A DNA stretch of 64,000 bases from assembly GCA_040954595.2 (NCBI GenBank), contig CM082593.2, forward strand, positions 9,619,200 to 9,683,199, written 5' to 3'. This DNA is from Balanoglossus misakiensis (taxonomy: Eukaryota; Animalia; Hemichordata). Positions 13,204-26,447 of the stretch are shown here, piece after piece. A program made the position numbers and the translations under genes. The notes under the pieces were generated by a model, which was not told the DNA's origin, did no database searches, and worked only from the letters and a program-made list of their open reading frames with translations. How positions within the stretch are numbered: position 1 is the first letter of the stretch; each line of letters opens with the position of its first letter.

Positions 13204-16200
13204 ATAGCGTCAAGGACACTGTGGTCCCATTTGATGACATAGCACATAGCAACATAGCAATAAGCATATCTGCTCTGGATGCCAAGATATTGAAAAGTAG
13301 GTCAAAGGTCACCTGAGGTCATGCAAAATTTGGGCAAGAAATTTTGACCTTATACTGGTCCATGTTCAATAAAAACCAAAACTATAGCCTTATTGGTTAC
13401 CTTGGAATTAGGTTTGCACATAATAAATGAGATATGCAGGTGTCACAGGTGACCCCCAATTTTGGCTTTTCAATTTTAGTGCCAACCCTCCAAACGCTAA
13501 GTCTGTACCTGCTCTGGATGTCAAGATATGGTAAAGTAGGTGAAAGGTCACCTGAGGTCATGCAAAATTTGGGCAAGAAATTTTGACACTATACTGGTCC
13601 ATGTTCAACAAAAACCAAACCTATAGCCTTATTGGTTAGCCTGGAATTAGGTATGCACATAATTAATGAGATATGCAGGTGTCACAGGTGACCCCCAGAA
13701 TTGGCTTTTCAATTTTAGTCCCAACCCTCCAAACGCAAAGTCTGTATCTGCTCTGGATGCCAAGATATGATAAAGTAGGTCAAAGGTCACCTGAAGTCAT
13801 GCAAAATTTGGGCAAGAAATTTTGACCTTATACTGGTCCATGTTCAATAAAAACCAAAACTATAGCCTTATTGGTTACCTTGGAATTAGGTATGCACATA
13901 ATTAATGAGATATGCAGGTGTCACAGGTGACCCCCAAGTTTGGCTTTTCAATTTTAGTGCCAACCCTCCAAACGCTAAGTCTGTACCTACACTGGATGCC
14001 AAGATATGGTAAAGTAGGTCAAATATCACCTGAGGTCATGCAAAATTTTGGCAAGAAATTTTGACCCTATACTGGTCCATGTTCAACAAAAACCAAACCT
14101 ATAGCCTTATTGGTTAGCCTGGAATTAGGTATGCACATAATTAATGAGATATGCAGGTGTCACAGGTGACCCCCAGTTTTGGCTTTTAAATTTTAGTCCC
14201 AACCCTCCAAACACAAAGTCTGTACCTGCTCTGGATGCCAAGATATGATAAAGTAGGTCAAACGTCACCTGAGGTCATGCAAAATTTGGGCAAGAAATGT
14301 TGACCCTATACTGGTCCATGTTCAATAAGAACCAAAACTATAGCCTTATTGGTTAGCGTGGAATTAGGTATGCACATAATTAATGAGATATGCAGGTGTC
14401 ACAGGTGACCCCCAATTTTGGCTTTTCAATTTTAGTCCCAACCCTTCAAACGCTAAGTCTGTACCTGCTCTGGATGCCAAGATATGGTAAAGTTGGTCAA
14501 AGGTCACCTGAGGTCATGCAAAATTTGGGCAAGAAATTTTGACCCTATACTGGTCCATGTTCAACAAAAAACAAACCTATAGCCTTATTGGTTAGCCTGG
14601 AATTAGGTATGCACATAATTAATGAGATATGCAGGTGTCACAGGTGACCCCCAATTTTGGCTTTTCAATTTTAGTCCCAACCCTCCAAACGCCAAGTCTG
14701 TACCTGCTCTGGATGCCAAGATATGGTAAAGTTGGTCAAAGGTCACCTGAGGTCATGCAAAATTTGGGCAAGAAATGTTGACCCTATACTTGTCCATGTT
14801 CAACAGAAACCAAACCTATAGCCTTATTGGTTAGCCTGGAATTAGGTATGCACATAATTAATGAGATATGCAGGTGTCACAGGTGACCCCCAATTTTGGC
14901 TTTTCAATTTTAGTCCCAACCCTCCAAACGCCAAGTCTATACCTGCTCTGGATGCCAAGATATTGAAAAGTAGGTCAAAGGTCACCTGAGGTCATGCAAA
15001 ATTTGGGCAAGAAATTTTGACCTTATACTGGTCCATGTTCAATAAAAACCAAAACTATAGCCTTATTGGTTACCTTGGAATTAGGTATGCACATAATTAA
15101 TGAGATATGCAGGTGTCACAGGTGACCCCCAAGTTTGGCTTTTCAATTTTAGTGCCAACCCTCCAAACGCTAAGTCTGTACCTACACTGGATGCCAAGAT
15201 ATGGTAAAGTAGGTCAAATATCACCTGAGGTCATGCAAAATTTTGGCAAGAAATTTTGACCCTATACTGGTCCATGTTCAACAAAAACCAAACCTATAGC
15301 CTTATTGGTTAGCCTGGAATTAGGTATGCACATAATTAATGAGATATGCAGGTGTCACAGGTGACCCCCAGTTTTGGCTTTTAAATTTTAGTCCCAACCC
15401 TCCAAACACAAAGTCTGTACCTGCTCTGGATGCCAAGATATGATAAAGTAGGTCAAACGTCACCTGAGGTCATGCAAAATTTGGGCAAGAAATGTTGACC
15501 CTATACTGGTCCATGTTCAATAACAACCAAAACTATAGCCTTATTGGTTAGCGTGGAATTAGGTATGCACATAATTAATGAGATATGCAGGTGTCACAGG
15601 TGACCCCCAATTTTGGCTTTTCAATTTTAGTCCCAACCCTTCAAACGCTAAGTCTGTACCTGCTCTGGATGCCAAGATATGGTAAAGTTGGTCAAAGGTC
15701 ACCTGAGGTCATGCAAAATTTGGGCAAGAAATTTTGACCCTATACTGGTCCATGTTCAACAAAAAACAAACCTATAGCCTTATTGGTTAGCCTGGAATTA
15801 GGTATGCACATAATTAATGAGATATGCAGGTGTCACAGGTGACCCCCAATTTTGGCTTTTCAATTTTAGTCCCAACCCTCCAAACGCCAAGTCTGTACCT
15901 GCTCTGGATGCCAAGATATGGTAAAGTTGGTCAAAGGTCACCTGAGGTCATGCAAAATTTGGGCAAGAAATGTTGACCCTATACTTGTCCATGTTCAACA
16001 GAAACCAAACCTATAGCCTTATTGGTTAGCCTGGAATTAGGTATGCACATAATTAATGAGATATGCAGGTGTCACAGGTGACCCCCAATTTTGGCTTTTC
16101 AATTTTAGTCCCAACCCTCCAAACGCCAAGTCTATACCTGCTCTGGATGCCAAGATATGGAAAAGTAGGTCAAAGGTCACCTGAGGTCATGCAAAATTTG

Positions 16201-17110
16201 GGCAAGAAATTTTGACCCTATACTGGTCCATGTTCAACAAAAACCAAACCTATAGCCCTATTGGTTAGCCTGGAATTATGTATGCACATAATTAATGAGA
16301 TATGCAGATGTCACAGGTGACCCATATTTTGGCTTTTCAATTTTAGTCCCAACCCTCCAAACGCCAAGTCTGTACCTGCTCTGGATGCCGAGATATAGGA
16401 AAGTAGGTCAAAGGTCACCTGAGGTCGCCCAAAATTTTGGCAAGAAATTTTGACCCTATACTGGTCCATGTCCCACAAGAACGAAACCTCTAGCCCTATT
16501 AGTTAGCCCGGAATTAAGTATGCACATAATTAATGTGTTAAGCAGGTGTTACAGGTGAGCCCAAAAATTTGCCTTTTATTTTGGCCCCATTGTGCTCACT
16601 GACCAATAGACAGTCACTGTACAGGACTATTGCACAGACCAGAATTCCACAATAAGATGTGGACATAGCTTAACCATAGAGGTATAAGTAAAGTTATAAA
16701 TTTAATAAAAAGACTAAAAAATTCATAAAAAATAAAACATCCATGATATCAACTGAACACTTACAGGTCGGTGTGAGGTTGACATAAGGTACAAGCATAC
16801 TAATTTTCAAAGCAATCTGACCAGTAATTGTTGACTTGCAGAGTTTTGATCAATTTCACATTTTACAAGCTAATTTGCATATTTTTGGGCCTGGCAACTT
16901 CGTTTTGACAAACTCCCATCTACAGTCCTGCCTGCACCTACACATCTAATATTGAGGTGATACGTGCAGCGGTTTTCAAGTTTTTGATGTGGACGGACAT
17001 ACAGACATTCATCCATACATACATACATCCATCCATCCATCCATACATACATACAGACGCAACCCATCCCATAAGGTCCCATGGTATATAGGCCTATACC
17101 AATGGGACCT
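13204..17110 (-). mobile_element. HINE family A, full length, with ~14 internal 239-bp units
   Basis: Read on the minus strand: 5' hairpin AGGTCCCATTGGTATAGGCCTATATACCATGGGACCT, (GTAT/GGAT)n microsatellite, tandem array, 3' subTIR AATGGGACC plus stem-loop AGTGTC-CTT-GACGCT. Inserted in an A/T run with no TSD. Confidence 0.85.
13270..16560 (+). repeat. 239-bp tandem array inside the HINE, with a 5-mer (1195-bp) higher-order duplication
   Basis: TCACAGGTGACCCC occurs at 13443, 13682, 13921 and onward. The diagnostic variant CCTACACTGG occurs at 13986 and 15181. Confidence 0.93.
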
Positions 17111-17493
17111 AAAAATTGTCATTTTGAGATGATGTTCATCAGCTATGACCCATGATTTTTTTCAAAAAAGTGAAGAAATTTTGAACTTTCGCAAAGTCGA
17201 AAAATTGTCATTTTTGGATGATTTGCATGAGCTATAACGCATGATTTTTTTCTTCAAAAATGTGAAGAAATATTGAACTTTCGCAATGTGGAAAAATTGT
17301 AATTTTGGATGATTTTCATAAGCTATAACCCATGATTTTTTTCAAAAAAACGAAAAAAATTTGAACTTTCTCGAAGTCGAAAAATTGTAATTTTTTGATG
17401 GTTTTCATGAGCTGTAACCCATGACTTTTTTCAAAAAATGAAGAAATTTTGAACTTTCGCAAAGTCGAAAAATTGTTATTTTTGGATGATTTT

Positions 17494-18333
17494 CATTTCA
17501 TTTTATTTCATTTCATAGAACTGCTGATGGATAAAAACTTTTCCTATGACGTTCTGATTTTGTTGCAATTGAGCGGTAACGCTTGCCTGATTGCAAAAGT
17601 GAAAACTGATGAAAGGCAGGATGAGAAGAATCGGAGAGTATAGACTTTGTTTTCTTGTGCATCCTAGATCTGTATAGGTCATCTAATTGAGGCAGGTTTA
17701 CACCAATAATGCGCTCAGCAGAACGTATTACTCTGTTTAATAGACGGCGGTCTCCAACAGTTGAACTCCCGTACCAGACAGCAATGGAGACTGTCAACAC
17801 ACCCTCGACAACTGCCCGATAAAATTTTATCAGGAGATCCCTGCTAAGACCGAAGCCCGCCAGCCCTCGTAGAAAGAACAATCGTAGCTGAGCTTTCTGA
17901 ACACAATGCTCGACGTGCGCCTGCCAGGTTAAATCACTAGAGATGTGGATGTCGAGGAATTTAAAGGTGTCAACTATCTCGACATCTGTACCATTGATAG
18001 ACAAAGGTGTGAGGGGGGTCTTATTCCTCCGAAAATCGATAATGATCTCCTTTGTCTTGCTAACATTTAATTCTAAGTTATTGGCAGCACACCACATCAC
18101 CAATTCATCAACCTGGCGGCGATAATTGATCTCATTTTCGTCAATCAGCCCAGCAACAGTTGTATCATCTGCAAATTTAATAGTGAGACAGTTTTCAAAC
18201 CACGATATGCAATCCGAAGTCATTAGAGAATAAAGCAATGGAGACAGGGCACAACATTGTGGTGCACCTGTATTCAAAACCAGTGTTTTAGAATATCGTG
18301 AACCTATTCTGACCATCTGTGGTCGGCCTGTAA
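17494..18333 (-). mobile_element. 5'-truncated non-LTR retrotransposon (Rex1/Babar-like), C-terminal RT region, copy 1
   Basis: NTGAPQCCALSPLLYSL, KFADDTTVAGLI, NNLELNVSKTKEIIIDFRR and DUF1891-like KAQLRLFFLR...FYRAVVE..LT.SIAVWYG motifs. (GAAAT)n-type 3' tail. The 3' UTR is deleted in this copy. Confidence 0.9.
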
Positions 18334-18873
18334 GAAAATTATCCAAAAATAACCCATGACTTTTTTTTCCAAAAATGTGAAGAGACGTTGAACTTTCGCA
18401 AAGTCGAAATATTGTCATTTTGGACGATTTTTATGACCCATGATTTTTTTTCAAAACAGTGAAGAAATTTTGAACTTTCGCAAAGACGAAAAATTGTCAT
18501 TTTTGGATGATTTTAATGAGCTATAACGCATGATTTTTTTCTTCAAAAATGTGAAGAAATGTTAAACTTTCGCAAAGTCGAAAAATACACATTTTTGGAC
18601 AATTTTCATGAGCTGCAGCCCAAGAAATTTCGAACTTTCGCAAAGTCGATTTTTTTTTTATTTTTGGATGATTTTCAAGAGCTCAAACCCATGATTTTGT
18701 CCCAATAATGTGAAGAGATGTTGAACTTTCGCAAAGTCGAAAAATTGTCATTTTTTGACGATTTTCATGACCTATAACCCATAATTTTTTTCTTAAAAAA
18801 TGTGAAGAAATTTTGAACTTTCGCAAAGTCGAAAAATTTTTTGATGGTTTTCATGAGCTGTAACCCATGATTT

Positions 18874-19678
18874 TGTAGCGGTTGAATTATCATTCTTCGC
18901 TATATTTCTGGGGACGTACGTAGATTGCATTGGTATAGACGCGATTTGATAATAGTTTGGGCATAGCAGAAACTGTTCACGTGACACTTTCCCGCGCTAT
19001 CCATATTTGGTAGTTAGTTTGATACTTTTCTGTGAGTTTCTATTGGCTGACATGCCTTGTTTTCGTTGTTGAGTTTTGGGGCAGAGAGAGAGAGTAAGTG
19101 ACCGTAATGGCGAAGTAGCAGTGTGTGCAGAGAGACGCGAGGAGAAAGGGTAAGAAACTCGAGCACGGACTATGAGAGCCGTCTAGCGTGGCAAGCGCTG
19201 CTCTCAAAAGCTCGTAGTTTGCCGTTCCTAGTTCCGCGGGTGGCGATGTATCCCGTCTTTTGAACTTTCGTTAGAGTACGGGCAGATCGAGACTGGAGAC
19301 GAGTGAGATAGAGATTAGCAGCGTAGAACAGGGACGACGTGACCAGACTGCCGTGTTGTATTCCTTCTGAGTTGTGTTGATGAAATAAATACAGTGGGGG
19401 AAGTTGTAACCGCATTGCTGTGTGGACTGATAGTTTTGTGATAAATCCAGGCGTGTGAGGCCGCTAACCTTGCAGCGATCTCCCGGCCGCTTGAGAACTT
19501 TCTCGACCTAGGTATGGACCTATCATTGGTGGCAGCGAAAATCTATGAACCCAGCCGGACACGTCACACTCGTGACTGTCGGCGTATGTGAATATTGGTG
19601 ACAGCAGGACGGTGTACGAAATACCCGAGCATCCCGTGGCGTCCGACGGGCCGATCCGACGGCCGGGCAAACGCCACA
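18874..19678. mobile_element. Solo LTR, copy 2 (805 bp)
   Basis: TGTAGCGG...CGCCACA flanked by a perfect 4-bp TSD ATTT. AATAAA near 19384. No internal coding region. Confidence 0.82.
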
Positions 19679-22600
19679 ATTTTTTTCAGGAAAACGAAGA
19701 AATTTTGAACTATCGCAATTAGGAAAAATTGTCATTTTTGGATGTTTTTCATGAGCTATAACCCATGATTTTTTTCAAAAAAGTGAAGAAATTTAGAAAT
19801 TTCGCAAAGTCGAAAAATAGCGTCAAGGACACTGTGGTCCCATTTGAGGACATAGCACATAGCAACATAGCAATAAGCATATCTGCTCTGGATGCCAAGA
19901 TATTGAAAAGTAGGTCAAAGGTCACCTGAGGTCATGCAAAATTTGGGCATAAAAATTTGACCCTATACTGGTCCATGTTCAACAAAAACCAAACATATAG
20001 CCCTATTGGTTAGCCTGGAATTAGGTATGCACATAATTAATGAGATATGAAGGTGTCACAGGTGACCCCCAATTTTGGCTTTTCAATTTTAGTCCCAACC
20101 CTCCTAACGCAAAGTCTGTACCTGCTCTGGATGCCAAGATATGATAAAGTAGGTCAAAGGTCACCTGAAATCATGCAAAATTTGGGCAAGAAATTTTGAC
20201 CCTATACTGGTCCATGTTCAATAAAAACCAAAACTATAGCCTTATTGGTTACCTTGGAATTAGGTATGCACATAATTGATGAGATATGCAGGTGTCACAG
20301 GTGACCCCCAAGTTTGGCTTTTCAATTTTAGTGCCAACCCTGCAAACGCTAAGTCTGTACCTGCTCTGGATGCCAAGATATGGTAAAGTAGGTCAAATAT
20401 CACCTGAGGTCATGCAAAATTTTGGCAAGAAATTTTGACCCTATACTGGTCCATGTTCAACAAAAATCAAACCTATAGCCTTATTGGTTAGCCTGGAATT
20501 AGGTATGCACATAATTAATGAGATATGCAGGTGTCACAGGTGACCCCCAGTTTTGGCTTTTAAATTTTAGTCCCAACCCTCCAAACACAAAGTCTGTACT
20601 TGCTCTGGATGCCAAGATATTGAAAAGTAGGTCAAAGGTCACCTGAGGTCATGCAAAATTTTGGCAAGAAATTTTGACCCTATACAGGTCCATATTCAAC
20701 AAAAACCAAACCTATAGCCTTATTGGTTAGCCTGGAATTAGGTATGTACATAATTAATGAGATATGCAGGTGTCACAGGTGATCCCCAATTTCGGCTTTT
20801 CAATTTTAGTGCCAACCCTCCAAACGCTAAGTCTGTACCTGCTCTGGATGCCAAGATATGGTAAAGTAGGTCAAAGGTCACCTGAGGTCATGCAAAATTT
20901 AGGCAAGAAATTTGGACCCTATACTGGTCCATGTTCAACAGAAACCAAACCTATAGCCTTATTGGTTAGCCTGGAATTAGGTATGCACATAATTAATGAG
21001 ATATGCAGGTGTCACAGGTGACCCCCAATTTTGGCTTTTCAATTTTAGTCCCAACCCTCCAAACGCCAAGTCTGTACCTGCTCTGGATGCCAAGATATGG
21101 TAAAGTTGGTCAAAGGTCACCTGAGGTCATGCAAAATTTGGGCAAGAAATTTTGACCCTATACTGGTCCATGTTCAACAAAAACCAAACCTATAGCCCTA
21201 TTGGTTAGCCTGGAATTATGTATGCACATTATTAATGAGATATGCAGATGTCTCAGGTGACCCATATTTTGGCTTTTCAATTTTAGTCCCAACCCTCCAA
21301 ACGCCAAGTCTGTACCTGCTCTGGATGCCGAGATATAGGAAAGTAGGTCAAAGGTCACCTGAGGTCAGCCAAAATTTTGGCAAGAAATTTTGACCCTATA
21401 CTGGTCCATGTCCCACAAGAACGAAACCTCTAGCCCTATTAGTTAGCCCGGATTTAGGTATGCACATAATTAATGTTTTAAGCAGGTGTTACAGGTGAGC
21501 CCAAAAATTTGCCTTTTCTTTTGGCCCCATTGTGCTCACTGACCAATAGACAGTGACTGTACAGGACTATTGCACAGACCAGAATTCCACAATAAGATGT
21601 GGACATAGCTTAACCATAGAGGTATAAGTAAAGTTATAAATTTAATAAAAAGACTAAAAAATTCATAAAAAAATAAAACATCCATGATATCAACTGAACA
21701 CTTACAGGTCGGTGTGAGGTTGACATAAGGTACATGCATACTAATTTTCAAAGCAATCTGACCAGTAATTGTTGACTTACAGAGTTTTGATCAATTTCAC
21801 ATTTTACAAGCTAATTTGCATATTTTTGGGCCTGGCAACTTCGTTTGGACAAACTCCCATCTACAGTCCTGCCTGCACCTACACATCAAATATTGAGGTG
21901 ATACGCGCAGCGGTTTTCAAGTTTTTGATGTGGACGGACATACAGACATACATCCATACATACATACATCCATCCATCCATCCATACATACATCCAAACG
22001 CAACCCATCCCATAAGGTCCCATGGTATATAGGCCTTTATTACACCTTACGTATTATACCATATTCGTGATTGGCTGAGACGCGCTCACGTGATATAGAA
22101 AAAAAAGTGATATAACATGGCTAGAGTTGATAAAGCCCAGTCGCGTGCGCTGATATTGCCCGCTGGGTTGTTTTGTGTTCTGCGCGCGACTTCTGCGCGT
22201 TCCAAACTGTCGTTCAATGGCTTCCTCCACGATCAGTCAACTCCCGCATCTATGGCTTCAAAGCGACACATAGGCTTAACACCTGTTCAACTGGACGATA
22301 TTTTACCACAAACGGACAGTAAATACAACAAAATCGCAACCAACAGTGCAGTATTTTCAAAATAATCTAAGTTCGAAGTAGGTATCGTATAATTCTTGGG
22401 AGATCGAGACATTTTACATTCTCAGCAACGTACGACATATGGACGCGCGTCTACGTTCTTCTATGCCTGCCTTGTATGTACGTTCAAATGTTCGGCGTAA
22501 TAAAATTAATAACACATGATAGCGAGGGCAATATCACGATTTGAAGCCTACTCTCAGGCTGGTGATCTCTGACCACAATATTGATGATACCCTCGCACTA

Positions 22601-23480
22601 CGGTCCAGGAGGCGCCCTCTCAGTTAAATTTCTGCATCCATTTGTTATTGCTCATGAATAATTCATTAGGTACAATGGCGGGTTTTTCGATCCAGCACTG
22701 CAACGGAACTAATTAATATGCAGGTGAGTGTATCTTGTAATTAACGCCAATTTCAGTGATTCCAATGAGATATGGAAGGCATATGCAATGTACGGGTTCT
22801 TTTATGTGAATAGCTGTGAATATTTCTCATGCCCTAGATCACAAAACAGCGATCTCCTGATCGGTAGTTTGGTTACTATGCAAACCTAAGCCACATAGCA
22901 ACAGTTGCATTGTGCGGATTACTCTACGATTTGGAGAGTTTTGGTGTACTTATTTTGAAAATAAAACGATACGATTTTTCTTTAATGTATAGAGTTACAT
23001 AGCTGGGATTTGGGTGAAAATTCTCACCTTTTGTTGAAATTCAACCAAGCGAAACTTGTCGAGTTGCGTGCGTGCGCTATGCGTGAACGATTGTCATTGT
23101 AAACAATGGCGCGGAGGTCGCTTTCATCAACACAGGGCAACATATTGATGGTTTTTATGATTTAACTGGGCGGTAAATTACAATTTTAAACCTAACATAT
23201 TCATTTTAGATTGTTAGAAAACAGTAATGTATTGGAAAAATGGCTAAGAAATAATTAATAAAAAAACGGAACCTGAGAGAAAATGAACGCTTGGGGGCTT
23301 ACATTGACCTATGATGTACGCATGTACACCCTGTGATGTGCTGTTGATGTTGACATATATTTAAACTTAAGCTCATACCATATTTAAATAAACAAAATAG
23401 TCTCAACAGGTGTATGTCACTCTAATTCTGTTTCAGGCAGTTTTACCAACATATATTAATCAAAAGAAATACTGGTAAGA

Positions 23481-23855
23481 ATGCCTCACATTAAGAAGAG
23501 AAAGAGTAATTTTGACATTGGACGATGGGCAGTTGAAAAAAAGATATCTAAACTGATAGAAAAGGAAAGGCATGAACAAAATCAACATGAATCTCAGCTA
23601 GGTACCAAGCTTAAGTTAGAGAAAGTGCAGGACAATGAAATAAGAAACAGGTCAGAGTTGAAGGAGAAAAGGCGTAGGTTTGACATTGGGAAATGGGCAG
23701 CAGACAGAAAACGTAAAAATGAAGAGAGTGCTGAGATCAGGGCGAAGAGACGGAAGGTAGATGAAGGAAAGAAACTAGTTGACAAGGCCAGGAAGCGACT
23801 AGATAGACTAACTAAAAACATAAACATCTCAGTCAGGAAGCAGCCAGGTTCCACC
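23481..23855 (+). CDS. Probable first coding exon of the transposase gene (basic, NLS-rich, duplicated FDIG(R/K)WA motif)
   Basis: ATG at 23481 follows an acceptor (TTTCAG, 23436). Donor GTGAGG at 23856 gives a phase-0 join to acceptor TAACAG (24196), in frame with the 637-aa ORF. The alternative donor at 23861 is out of frame. Confidence 0.55.
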
Positions 23856-24196
23856 GTGAGGTATGTTTTGTTTTAATTATGATTTGCATAACAGGTTTGA
23901 GATATTTTTGCTTGCTATTGTGAAGTTTGTGTCACACAGTATACTATGATGTTGTGACATGCTAAGGGAAATTTATATTTCTTGTGAATTTTTCTTTAGT
24001 GACGATGATTTAATCAATTTTACTTACAACTGTAATTGCCACATAATTAGTGTTCATTCCATTAAAATGCTTTACACACACAAACACACACACATACACA
24101 GAATAATACCAGTTTGATTGTCCACAGAAACTGGCAAGTCTCTCATATTTGTCACAATTAACCTGGGTGACATATTTTCTTTTTCATGTATAACAG

Positions 24197-26227
24197 AACA
24201 CATGTCATTCATCAACTGCCAAGAAAAAGCACTGGGTTAAGAAGAGCAGTGAAGTTCATCCATGTAACAGTGAGTGCCTGACAGTTACCAAACCAGTTCA
24301 AAATAACCGCCGAGTGAAGACACTACAGGTAGCTGCTGGTATACATCAGTCGTCAACAGAGACTGAAAATGCTACTGGTAATACATTAAATCCTCAGAAG
24401 GCTGTATTAGATGGTCTGTGGTTTACACTGATCAATTCAGTCACTCCTGGAGAGATGGAAAAATACCTCTCAACTTCATCTAAATTTTCTAACATAATTA
24501 TGCCATCATTATTGCAAAAATCCATTTCTAAATTCGAAAACAGTGAAAATAACCTCATCAGGAGTGTCAGAGTTGTTTATCAGAATGGAGTATTGTCAAG
24601 GCGAAAGTACAATGCCATTCGTAACAGTGAACTGCAGTCCATTTCTCAGTTAAAACAACCTAGGAGTGTACTGCAATTTCACCATGGATGTAAAATTCCA
24701 AGGTTATTAACCTATAATAAGGTTGTTCACTATGTGCGTAATTTAGATATTGGTGACCTGCAACCTGTGATAGATAATGGGAGAGTAGTTGGTATGTACA
24801 GAAATGTAGAGGAGATGCTTCTGAAAATGGCAGACCTTTACACATTGTTGAATAAGGAACACCACCCTGGAATTTTGAACTGGTTTGGCAAGCCAGAGGG
24901 TGTGTTCCAAATTGCCCTCGGTGCTGATGGGGCACCATTTGGTAAATATGGGCAAGCAACTGCTTGGTTAGTTAGCTTTGTAAATGTATGCCATAGAGTA
25001 GCCAGTCCAGATGATAACTTTCTCCTGCTAGGAGCAAATTTGAAAGAGGAACACCCAATATTAATTGAATATGCAGCCTCACTAAGCAGACAGCTTGAGG
25101 TCATTGAAAGCAAAACATATGTAATAAATGACCTCCAGGTAAGGTTTGAGGTGTCCCTTCTACCCTTTGACCAAAAAGGTCTTGCATGTATGTCAGGGGA
25201 ACTGTCAAATGCAGCACAGTTTTTCAGCTCTTTTGCCACTGTTTCTAAGGGTACAATAGATGTTATAGGGGCAGATATAGGTCCTAGAAGTAAATGGAAA
25301 GAGTGGGGATATCCAAAAAGAATAACAGATGCTGAAGCAGTAGCAAATTTCAAATCGACTTCGGCAAAAAAGGCCAAAAAGGGTGATATAGTTCGATCAA
25401 AAGTGACAAGCTTCATTGCAAGTAGGAATTCAAGACAGGAGTTTCTTCCACCACTCGGAAAATATATTCAACATGCAAAGATTGAGCCTCTTCATCTCAA
25501 AAATAATGCATGGCAGTACTTTTTTCAAAGGTTGTTGACTGATGCTGTTGCCAAAACTGACCAGAGTGCTGTTGATAAAGGGGTAACATTGGAAAAGCTG
25601 CCAAGTGACTCCTGTCTGTACAATTTTCTCTATGCTGTAAAATACAAGGTAAGAGCAGGAAAGTTGTATAATCAAATTGTGAAATACTTCAATGAAAATA
25701 AGGTAAGTAAAAACATGCAAGCAGTGAAAGTACATCGATTCACTGGCGAGGAATCTAGAAAGGTTGCTTGGTCTTTCATGTCCCTCATCAATGCATTGAG
25801 TACACCTAATGAAAAGCCACATGTAAAAGCCAGATTGGCACTCCTGACATATATTGGTATTCTTCTGAGAGATATCACATCCTTGTGCTCAAGATTCCGT
25901 ATCAGTGAGAGTGATATCACAGTGTTGAGACAGAAGTGCAGGTGGTATTTTAATCTTCATTCCTTGTTTCTCACTGTAAATAACACGGTGTGGCACATAG
26001 GATATGCTTTGCCTAAACACATATGTGAAATTTATGAGAAATTTAACATGGGTCTGGGTCTGAATACAATGGAGGGGAGAGAGGCAAAACACCAACGCCT
26101 TCTCGAGTACAGCCACAATTCTACACCCCAGAATAGATGGCGTCTTATATTTAGACATGAATATGTATTGCTGTACTGGCTTCGAATGCAAGATCCTTAT
26201 TCAGATAATTCGTGGTCAGGGAGATAG
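24197..26227 (+). CDS. RAG1/Transib-like DDE transposase, main exon
   Basis: Frame is open from 24197. Ordered motifs ALGADGAP (D ~24926), LPFDQKGL..MSGEL (D ~25169), EPLHLKNNA (~25484), VWHIGY and GLNTMEGREAKH (E ~26081) parallel RAG1 SCDG, GYDEK, DALHCDIGNA, YFHK and ASEGNES. Confidence 0.8.
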   Translation, partial: NTCHSSTAKKKHWVKKSSEVHPCNSECLTVTKPVQNNRRVKTLQVAAGIHQSSTETENATGNTLNPQKAVLDGLWFTLINSVTPGEMEKYLSTSSKFSNIIMPSLLQKSISKFENSENNLIRSVRVVYQNGVLSRRKYNAIRNSELQSISQLKQPRSVLQFHHGCKIPRLLTYNKVVHYVRNLDIGDLQPVIDNGRVVGMYRNVEEMLLKMADLYTLLNKEHHPGILNWFGKPEGVFQIALGADGAPFGKYGQATAWLVSFVNVCHRVASPDDNFLLLGANLKEEHPILIEYAASLSRQLEVIESKTYVINDLQVRFEVSLLPFDQKGLACMSGELSNAAQFFSSFATVSKGTIDVIGADIGPRSKWKEWGYPKRITDAEAVANFKSTSAKKAKKGDIVRSKVTSFIASRNSRQEFLPPLGKYIQHAKIEPLHLKNNAWQYFFQRLLTDAVAKTDQSAVDKGVTLEKLPSDSCLYNFLYAVKYKVRAGKLYNQIVKYFNENKVSKNMQAVKVHRFTGEESRKVAWSFMSLINALSTPNEKPHVKARLALLTYIGILLRDITSLCSRFRISESDITVLRQKCRWYFNLHSLFLTVNNTVWHIGYALPKHICEIYEKFNMGLGLNTMEGREAKHQRLLEYSHNSTPQNRWRLIFRHEYVLLYWLRMQDPYSDNSWSGR

Positions 26228-26447
26228 CGAGTGTAAATCTTGTGTTAAATATATCCCTGACAAATATTATAATGACCCTTCCCTCTGTTTCTGTGGGAAT
26301 GAGAAACAGACTAACACACAGTCCTGCCAAATGTGTACAAGTGATTTTATGGCAGAAATAAAAAAATCTGCCATCAGTGGTAAGATTACAAATATGCTAA
26401 AAAAAAATGAAGTAAAGGTGTGTTCCTGCTTGAAACTCTGTATGTGA
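26220..26447 (+). CDS. Frameshifted C-terminal tail of the transposase with a Cys cluster
   Basis: The overlapping frame reads YIPDKYYNDPSLCFCGNEKQTNTQSCQMC...IKKSAISGKI right after the main ORF stop. AATAAA signals follow at ~26614 and ~26638. Confidence 0.55.
   Translation, partial: GDSECKSCVKYIPDKYYNDPSLCFCGNEKQTNTQSCQMCTSDFMAEIKKSAISGKITNMLKKNEVKVCSCLKLCM

Noticed and set aside
17513-18418. 301-aa ORF as an intact reverse transcriptase gene
   Set aside because: Its first ~27 residues come from satellite, the RT is 5'-truncated, and its stop results from a deletion.
12401-19678. The two LTRs as the ends of one full-length LTR retrotransposon
   Set aside because: Each LTR has its own target-site flanks in the same satellite context, and the intervening DNA is HINE, LINE and satellite with no gag-pol or PBS.
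22596-22611. Calling it a canonical EnSpm/CACTA element from the CACTA end and 3-bp TSD
   Set aside because: The protein motifs follow the RAG1/Transib pattern rather than TnpD, and no subterminal repeat arrays were seen. Classification is left open.
24660-26191. Minus-strand ORFs overlapping the transposase
   Set aside because: These are antisense shadows of the long coding frame with no motifs.
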